This document shows, piece after piece, positions 55,621-64,000 of a DNA stretch of 64,000 bases. The position numbers and the translations under genes were made by a program. A model generated the notes under the pieces. That model saw only the letters and a program-made list of their open reading frames with translations, was not told the DNA's origin and searched no databases. The stretch comes from the human T2T-CHM13v2.0 reference genome, Homo sapiens, in assembly GCF_009914755.1 (NCBI RefSeq), contig NC_060948.1. The stretch is one strand, 5' to 3'. Numbering within the stretch: position 1 is the first letter of the stretch; every line of letters begins with the position of its first letter.

Positions 55621-56765
55621 AAGGGTTTTCTGATTCGTAAAACACCACAGGTGTATAAGGATTGTTTTCCTGACTTATCTTAGGACCTTTTGAAAGAGAC
55701 CTTCAATAAGAGACCTTCAATAAGTTCTCTAAGTTCAACCTCTACTATGCACAATCCTGAAAGGTCGTCTACCCTCTGCTTGAATCCTTGCTATTATGGG
55801 AAACTTACTACCTTTCTTTGAGGAAAAACTCACTACCACAAAGCCCTATGACTTGAGCTTCCTCTGGTTAAATCACAGCCATCTCACATAAGCTCCAGAG
55901 TAAATGGGAAGGGAGAACCTGACTCATCCAGCAATAGCAGAAAGATCATCACGTAGATTGTGTTGTTCTGCTATTTACAGATATTTGTGAAAAACCTGAA
56001 GTCAGTGTCATTCATCTTCCCTTTTGAAGGTTAAGTGTGTTTGTTTTTGTTTTTGTGACCAGAAATACATTAAAATTGGATTAGGAGCCATGTGCAGAAA
56101 AATTCACTGATGCTCAGTGCAGTGTATTCATTGTATAAACATGGAATAAAATGTTTGTCCCAAGATTATTTCACTTTGTCCACTTAGAAAGATTTCCTGT
56201 GACTTGCATAAATGTGGAAGAAAGCGTCTTCATTTCTTTTTAGCCAGGATCATTTGATGACATTTTGAAATGTCAGGGAGACTCTTAACTTAAATCTGAC
56301 CTACAAAGGGCCATTGAGAACAGTGAAGTGTGCCCCCAAAGCCAAAAACTTTGTATAGCTTTAATTTCAGTACAGAGGTAAATCGACTTCTGCTTTTGGA
56401 TTTAAGATTTGGCAAGCATGTGAAATTAAGTATCACTAAGGGGGACTTTTTACAGAGGGAAGCTAGGAGATTATGAGTGTTAGGGCTTACAGATTTAATC
56501 TGCAATTAGCATAAACATGCAAAGGTCACCCTAAAGAGATGCATGCCCCTGTGATCTGTAGGGGTAGCTGTCAGAAGTAGAGAGAAACGGCAAACAGAGT
56601 TTTGCAAACAAATGTGTGGTGGGGATTCAGGTTTTCATGTACGTGTTGCATCTGTGGCCTAGAAGATATCAGACACATGGCCTAGGAGAAATCAAGGGTG
56701 AGAAGTCACCAGCCCACAGAGAAGATATCACTAACCTTGAGGCTAACAGAAGTAAATGACAGCTT

Positions 56766-57540
56766 GTGGCAGCAGCTGTTGGTCACCAACTCAACAGTGA
56801 TTACCTCCTTCTTCTTTGTTAACAGAAAATGATTTCTGTTCAGGAACTGAGCAGCAGATAGTTTTTAGAATCTGGACCCCATTGAAGTTTCAAGGTGTCA
56901 ACCTTGATTAGTCTGTGTCCAAAATTGTAGTTCTGTGTCCCTTGTTAGTGATTGGTTTACGATGGGGCATGTGCCACAATTCTGATCAATGAGAAGTCTG
57001 CTAGAGGTACTTCTAGAAGAGTTTTCCTTACTTTTAAAAAAGAAGAAACCAAAGAGACTTTCTGTTTCTGTCATTTGGATGTTGCTGGGAGATAATGTGA
57101 TGCTTGGAGCTGTTGCGGCCATTTTGCAACCATGAGGGGAGGACCCTGAGGCAAAGGCAACATGCTTAGGGTAACAGAATAGGAACATTGACAAATCTAG
57201 ACTCCGTATTAGGTTGATGTGCTAAACCAATCAGTGCCAGTACTGCCTCCCTGTAGACTTATTACCTGGTCACTCACAGATGAGACTATGGAGTCAGACT
57301 TCCTAGGTTCAAATTCCAACTTTACCACTTACCAGCTGTGTGACTTTGGACTTCTCTGTGCCTCATATTTCTGATTTGTGTACCTACCCTGTAGTATTCT
57401 TGTTAGAATTAAATGAATTAATACGTGGACAGTGCTAGAACCATACCTGATCACTCAAACATTTAACATTCTTTCATCATTTAAGCCATTTTGAGTTGCA
57501 TCTTCTAGTTGTTGCTTTTGAAAGTATCCTATGTAACACA
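56766..57540 (+). mobile_element. MLT1 (J/K-like) LTR, interrupted by a MIR at ~57,275-57,460
   Basis: gtgattggttta..gggcatgtg; gatgcttggagctgttgcggccattttgcaaccatgagggg; 3' end tttaagccattttgagttg...tcctatgtaacaca. Confidence 0.65.
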
Positions 57541-57574
57541 GCAACTTTCGGTTAATGTTTTCCTGTCAGAAAGT

Positions 57575-58810
57575 TAGGAAACTAACAACAAAAACACAAA
57601 CCATCCCTTAAACAGTGGAAAAAGGACTTGAGTGGATATTTCTCCAAAGAAGAGAGGCCATGGCCCACAAACACATGAAAACATTCTCAGCATCATTCAT
57701 CATTAGGGAAATGCAAATAAAAAGGAGGCACCACTGTACACCCATTAGGATGGTAATGACTTTTTAAAAAGAAAACAGAAAACAGCAAGTATTGGTGAGG
57801 ATGTGGAGAAACTGGAATTTGTATATTGCTGGTGGGAATGTAATATGGTTCAGCCACTGCAGGAAACAGTTGGTGGTTCCTCAGATGACTCAACACAGAA
57901 TTATCACAGGACCCTGCAATTCCACTCCCAGGCGTCTGTACCCAAAAGAATTGAAAACAGGGATGCAAGTACATGCATACACATGTTGATAGCAGCACAG
58001 CAGCCAAAAGGTGGAAGCAAACCACATGTCCATTGATGGATGAATGGATAAATAAATTGTGATATATACATACAGTCGAATAACATTCAGCCATAATAAA
58101 TTAGAAAAAATGATGGGAAATGAGAAAAATATCCCATTTACAAAAGCAACCAAAATCACAGAATACTCAGAATCAAACACAGAAGAAATACAAAACGGCC
58201 TAAGGACACGGAAGAAGACATGAAATGAAGGGAAACATCACACACGTGAATGAGCAGGCTCAGGCCTGACAAGATATCAATTATTTCCCAGTCACCCTGT
58301 GAATTTAATCAATCTTTAATTTTTTAACTTAGCAAACTGATTTTTAAATTCTACTCAAAGAATACATTTGTAAAAGCAACTGAATTAATTTTTTTAAAGG
58401 AGCCAGGTGTGGTGGTATGAGCCTGTAGTCCCAGCTACTCTGGAGCCTGAGCTGAGATAGAAAGGTTGCTTGAGCCCAGAAGTTTAAGACCAGCCTGGAC
58501 AACACAGTGAGACCCCATTTAAAAAATTAAAGGGGATAGCTCTTACTAGATAGTAAGATATATTTTAAAATTACTATAATTTAGGAATTTGATACCAACA
58601 TAGGAATGAGAAAATTGATTACCGAACCAGAAATCAGAATTTGTCATATACTGATTGGTATTTGCAATCGGTAGGAAAAGGAAAGATTAATTAAATAGTC
58701 CGGGAACAACTGCCTTGAAACTAATATACTAAAATAAATTCCACGTGGATTAAACACAAAAATAAAACCGCAATAGAACTCAAAGAAAATATAAGTAAAT
58801 ATTTTCCCAT
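57575..58810 (+). mobile_element. Old L1M fragments with an Alu monomer (FLAM-like, ~58,400-58,525)
   Basis: L1 3' ORF2 motifs (gtattggtgaggatgtggagaaactggaa; catgtccattgatggatgaatggataaataaattgtg). Confidence 0.75.
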
Positions 58811-60181
58811 TTATCAGAACCCATCCACATGGTTCAATTCAACTGCAGGGGAGGTTTGAAAACGTGTGTGGTTTTTTGGGAGGCACTCACTGTTATTGTC
58901 ATAGATACATAACCTATTTCTAGGGATGAGGGAAAGGACAAAACAAAGGATTGAAACTGAAGGGCTTTCTGCCTATCCTCATGTTTATCAAAAAAATTCC
59001 AATACCCAAAATACACCATCCCACAATTATAATTGGTTGCATAGGCAAAGCTTCTCTTTCTCGTTTGATGATCCTAGTATATCTCTATAAGGACCACATC
59101 TTGGCTGATATTCCAGCTGCACATTGGAATTACATCTGTTCTCATTCTCATATTAATAATGAAGCTTGATTAATAAATTACAAGGGCTAACTCTGGAGCT
59201 ATTGGTTCAAAATTCCTTGCCAGTGAGGAAAACAAAAGAACAACTGTATTTTAAGAATAGATCCACCATAATAACATGCTGATGGTCAAAACTGATCAGG
59301 CAGTCTGGATGAAGCCTCACACCTTCCTACACTTTGCAAAAGAAGTAGCAGGTAAGGAAGGACTAGCCTGAGCTCCTGTTCAGCCCTGGGGAGGGAGCAG
59401 GTATGATGGAGCTGGCAATGTGGTCATTCCTGCTGTGCTCAGCCAATTTGCTTGAACTTCAAACAGAAGTGTTAACTTCACGGTGTGCAAGTTCATCCAT
59501 CCTCTGCTTTTGTCCTCCTTGGAGGCTTTCAGTGGCACATGTTGGGGGAAGAAAAGGCACTTGTTCTCTTCTCAATTGTACAGAGCAGCTGATCAGTGTC
59601 TGCACGAATTCCTGAACAAAGAACATATTTCAGACCTTCTTATTGCTTGCTTATTTAATTTAACAGATGTCAGTTGTGACACACACATACGACTTTCTCC
59701 CTAGGCAATGGATTATGGCAAATTTCATTTTATGCCTGGCATGAAAGCCATGCAATATTGGGTATTGAAAGGACTTTTTTTTTTTTTTTTTTTTTTTGAG
59801 AGACAGAAAGAGGGGAAAACCTGTTGTGCCTTAAAATCCCTAGTAATGCAAGAAAACCAATTTCCACAAAGGCATTGTCCTGGAAAGCTTTGTTGGTTTA
59901 TGTCACTACCTAATGGGAATGTGTCAGATTACACAAGGGCTGTTGTGTCAGGTCACACATCCTGTCACAATGAACACACTGGTGGTGTGTGGGTGGGAAT
60001 GCAATTTATGGGGATGCCTGCGCTGGATGAGATGTTATCTTCACATTCTGTGTCTACTTCTAGTTATTTAACCTTGGCCAAGTCCCTCAACGCCTCTTAA
60101 CTCAAGGATCCTCACCTAAAGGAGGGTTCTGGATGCCAGCTTTGTGAGATTGTTGACAGAACTAGGAAAAGGTGTACTTAA

Positions 60182-60385
60182 CTGGGCTAGGTGGCTCATG
60201 CCTGCAATCCCAATGCTTTAGGAGGCTGAAGCAGGAGGATCACTTGAGGCCAGGAGTTAGAGACCAGCCTGGGCAAGATGGCAAGATCTCATTTCTTCAA
60301 AATAGAAATTAAAAAATTAGCTGGGTGTGGTGGTGTTAGCATGTATTATACACCATACCTGGGTAACAGAGAGACTCTTTCAGGG
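60182..60385 (+). mobile_element. AluJ with a deleted right arm, inserted next to a MIR (~60,030-60,180)
   Basis: Left arm gaggatcacttgaggccaggagtt; right arm reduced to fragments. Confidence 0.8.
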
Positions 60386-60578
60386 AAGAAAAGAAAAAAG
60401 AGAAGAGAGAAGGAGGAAGGAAGGAGAGAAAGGAAGGAAAGAAGGAAGGAAGGAAGGAGGGAACAAAGGAAGGAAGGGAGGGATGGAGGGAGGAAGGAAG
60501 AGAAGGGAAGAAGGAAGGAAAGAAGGAAGGAAGGAAGGAAGGAAGGAAGGAAGGAAGGAAGGAAGGAAGGAAGGAAGG
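60386..60578 (+). repeat. Polypurine (GGAA)n microsatellite
   Basis: 13 consecutive GGAA at 60,525-60,576, preceded by degenerate purine repeats. Confidence 0.95.
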
Positions 60579-61404
60579 CAGGCATGTATTTTAAACTGAG
60601 GCATAGCCCAAAGCTCGTAAACTCAGGGTTCTGTCAGTCCATGTAGTAAAATCATGAAGCCCTACATATTTTTTCTTCTTTTGGTATAAGTTTCGGTTTC
60701 AGAGGTATGTTTTTTGACACAAGTAAAACTTCCAGCATGGAAATAAACTGCAGTCAATGGCTGCCCTGGAAGTTGGAGAGGTGATAGGAAACTGCATTGA
60801 ACTGGACTGCATTGAACTGGTTTGAGTGGCTGCATTGAACAGGACAACACTTATCTGGTCTCAGGTGGATGACTGCTGTCAGCCCAGAATGGCCAGGATG
60901 TGTGGCAAGATCTTTCTGTTTACCAAAATCAACCAACCACTTGGGATATCCTGCTTGTAAATGCTGGCCCAATTTTTTAAACACTACAGGGGCTAAAGAA
61001 ATTATCCCTGGGGACCAGGTTCAGCTTGTGGATCTCAGCTGGCGCTCTGCTGCTCATTGCTATAGACTTGCAAGAAGGTGGGTGCTAGGTGTGGAGCCTA
61101 TGCTATCTGGGGTACTCTATAAGTGGGGAAGGGGGGCTCAATGCTCCATGTCTGTGGGGAGGTTAGTGGGAATCTAGAGACAGAATCAGGATTGGGGACC
61201 TGAATTACTATGTTACTGGCCTGACACCAGAGGCTCAGCCTGGTAGAGGCCTACGTAAGGCCTTCCCTGGTCGTCAATCCTCCTTCCTCGCCACCATGTG
61301 TTTCTCTCCTCTTCCTTGGGACAGCTCTCCCTGAAGCCTCCAGGCTTCCCTTATGAGATCCCCCCAAGAGCTAAACAGTTCCTGGAGACCACTGAGAAGA
61401 CTGC

Positions 61405-61610
61405 CAGACTGAGAGTCAGACTTGTGGATACATACTTACTGTTTGGCCTTGAGCGGGAACCTCCATCCCTCTGAGTCTTTGTTTCCTCATTTGTAAAGTG
61501 AGGAGGAAGAGAAAAGCCTTTCCCAGCTTCTCAGGATGGCACCCGGGTACAGATCATAGAGATGATGCATGAGGCATGCTTTGTGAACTTGAAAGTGCTG
61601 AGCAGTACTT
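61405..61610 (+). mobile_element. MIR
   Basis: ctctgagtctttgtttcctcatttgtaaagtgagg...gctttgtgaacttgaaagtgct. Confidence 0.7.
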
Positions 61611-61684
61611 GGTCATTTTAAAACAATGACATCTTCTTTGAATAATTCTTAAATCCTGGTACAGAATTAAGAAAGGATCATCTA

Positions 61685-61820
61685 TTCAATTAGTCAACTA
61701 TTTGTTCAAGAAATATGTACTGAGCCTTCCATTATGTGCCAGGTACTTCTAAGCAATAACTAAGACAGACATGGATTGCCTGTCATGAAATGTCAATTCT
61801 AGAGTAGGAGGCAGAGAATA
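61685..61820 (-). mobile_element. L2 3' end, followed by a purine-rich tract (61,820-61,990)
   Basis: ttcaagaaatatgtactgagccttccattatgtgccaggtact. Confidence 0.7.
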
Positions 61821-63029
61821 GGGAAGAAAGGACGGGAGGAGGGAAGAAAGGAAAGAAGGACGTGAGAAGGAAAGGAAGGGAAGGAGAGAAGGACAGAAGA
61901 AATGAGGGAGGGAGGGAGGAAATGAAGGAAAGAGGGGAGAAGAGAAGGAGGGGAGAAGGGGAGGAGGGAGGGACGGAGTGAAGGAAAGAAGCCAGCTTAA
62001 AATTGGCCATGATGAGTATTTATACTACTAACATTGGAAAACTCAGTAAATCAGGGTTCTTCCTGCAGGCTGACTTTTAAATATTTGCCGTAACTACTGA
62101 AGCCAGAGGTTACAGTGAGGAGCCAGAGGAGGATTCTGAGTACAGGAGAAACACAATTTGCTACTCATTTTATCCATTTTTCAAAGGATCCTCTTCACCA
62201 TGTACAGAATAGACTGGAGCCAGGCACAGTAGCAGCGGGAGTTACCAGCCTAGAAGGCTGTGAAATAACCCAGGCATGAGATGCAAGGGGCTTCGGTTGG
62301 ACTAGCAATGGAGTAGCCAGACATGGATGGTTGGGATATGATGGGGGGCAAGGCTGACAGCGTTCATTTGTGGATTGGCTGTGAGGTAAAGATAGAGACA
62401 GCTAGTGAATTGTACAGAAACACTCTGTTCATGAGGAGCTTACAGTTTAGTGGCAGAAACAAAGCAGGCAGTCAGCTAGGACTTTCACAGATATTTATTT
62501 ATACTGGCTTTCAACGACATATAACACAGGGAAACCTAGCCACATTTGGAAATGAAATGTCATTTGAGCTTTGTTATGGTGAGGTATGATACAATCACAC
62601 ACCCATGGAGGTATTTACATATAATTTCCTCCACACCTGATTTGGTTCTGCAAACACCCCAGGCCCTATACATGTCATTCGCTAGTAATGTGCTGCGTCA
62701 AGGAGGCGTCAGAACCGTGTGAGCTTTCACACATTATCTACCCACCCAACTTCTGGGTTTTGCCTATTCTGTCAGGGTCCTCTGTGAGCTGCTGGGGTAA
62801 TGGGCAAAGGGTGGAGATGCAAATGAAAATAGAAATGCTGAGTGAACAGGTTATCTAGTGGAAAGAGGGTGCCAAAGGAAGCAGGGTAGCTAGTGTGAGT
62901 GGACTGTTTGATACAGAGTGTGGGAAAGAGTAAGATCTGGAGATGCCCGGATGAGGGGAGTCTTGAGGAAGGAAATGAATGATGAGTTTCTTCAGGGCTG
63001 ATGATAGGTTATGTCATTCAACCCATTCT

Positions 63030-63388
63030 GCAATGACCACCATGTGACTTTGCTCCTAATAAATAAGCAAATTATATTTCCCCACCCCTTGATATGGGGT
63101 TTGGCCATATCACTTGCTTTGGCTGAAAGACTGAGATGAATGGGAGTGACAGGGAACTCCTTATGAGATTTCTTCTTTAAAGGCTTTCCACATTTGCCAT
63201 TGTCATCTGCCATTGTTTGCCACAGGAGGAGAATGAGAGACACACGCTGCAGAGCCAGCCTAGCTAAGCCCTGCCTCGGTCAGCCAAAAAGCAGCTGACC
63301 TGCAGACATGTGAGCAATTATAAATGGTCATTGCTTTATCCTGCCGAGTCTTGAGGAGGTGTTTGCACAGCAACAGCTGACTGATGCA
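63030..63388 (+). mobile_element. MLT1 (H/I-like) LTR
   Basis: tatttcccaccccttga..ttggccatatcacttgctttggc; agctgacctgcagacatgtgagc; end cagcaacagctgactgatgca. Confidence 0.7.
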
Positions 63389-63506
63389 GGGACTTACAGT
63401 GTGTCCCACAGTGTAGTTTGGCTTTTCCTCATTTGGTGTAAGTAGGGACTTCAGTTACTTCTAAATGCTTTCCAAGTGGTTGATTACTATTTATTTTGGT
63501 AGTATT

Positions 63507-63686
63507 GAAAGTGTCTTTGCAAAAATTCTATCAGTGAGAAAAATTATAACAGTAAGCTGAGCTAACTAGTTACACGTAGTTAGACAGGCATGACTGGGGC
63601 AAGAGAGAGATCTTTCCTCTCCTACCAGGAATGTTAGGTGATAGTTTGAGAACTATCACACTGTCTCTGAAAAAAAGATAATTTGG
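63507..63686 (+). mobile_element. LTR8-like 5' end followed by a MER50-like LTR start
   Basis: tgaaagtgtctttgcaaaaattctatcagtgagaaaaattat (LTR8-like), then tagttagacaggcatga..caggaatgttaggtgat (MER50-like). Confidence 0.55.
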
Positions 63687-63689
63687 GGG

Positions 63690-63991
63690 TCTAGGCACAG
63701 TGGTTCACACCTATAATCCCAACACTTTGGGAGGCAGAGACCAACAGATAGCTTGACCCCAGGAATTCAAGACCAGCCTAAGCAACAAGGCAAATCCTGT
63801 CTCTACAAAAAATACAGAAATTAGCCAGGTGTGGTGGCACACACCCGTAGTCCTGGCTACTCAGGAGGCTAAGGTGGGAGGATCAATTGAGCCCTGGAGG
63901 TTGAGGTTGCAGTGAACCATGATTGCCCCACTGCACGACACCTGGGGTGACAGAGCAAGACCTTGCCTCAAAAAAAAAAAAAAAAAAAAAA
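63690..63991 (+). mobile_element. AluJ
   Basis: Dimeric Alu with gcttgaccccaggaattcaagaccagcc and a poly(A) tail. Confidence 0.9.
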
Positions 63992-64000
63992 GCTTTTGTT

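Noticed and set aside
55695-55725. 14-bp tandem duplication aagagaccttcaat (similarly 15-bp actgcattgaactgg at ~60,791)
   Set aside because: Common slippage micro-duplications with no further structure.
58990-59200. TAAT-rich non-repeat stretch as a possible conserved enhancer
   Set aside because: Motif density is expected from AT content; needs conservation data.
59775-59806. Poly(T) followed by gagagacag, like a truncated Alu end
   Set aside because: No target-site duplication visible, unlike the 41,063-41,128 case.
60278-60646. RKEG-repeat ORFs
   Set aside because: Alu plus GGAA microsatellite artefact.

Overview
Primate genomic DNA, almost certainly human because it carries a full-diagnostic AluYa5. 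I see no intact protein-coding gene, RNA gene or CRISPR array. The window has two halves joined abruptly at ~38,957. The left half (1-38,956) is about 1.1 copies of an old ~35-kb direct-repeat unit: ERV1 provirus, twin-primed L1, diverged ~70-bp beta-satellite-like (BSR/Beta) array, orphan ZNF736/ZNF727-like zinc-finger exon and TRIM60 pseudogene fragment. The right half (38,957-64,000) is MIR/L2/MLT-rich euchromatic-type DNA containing a deleted HERV9/LTR12 provirus. Its two LTRs differ strongly in CpG retention and enhancer-repeat number. From recalled knowledge, the ZNF736P + TRIM60P + BSR/Beta combination and BPY2-like peptides in the satellite point to Y-chromosome ampliconic sequence (possibly the BPY2-DAZ interval), with the junction a candidate autosome-to-Y transposition breakpoint. 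That placement is inference and needs an alignment. Repeat subfamily names come from recalled consensus sequences, and boundaries of old repeats are approximate.
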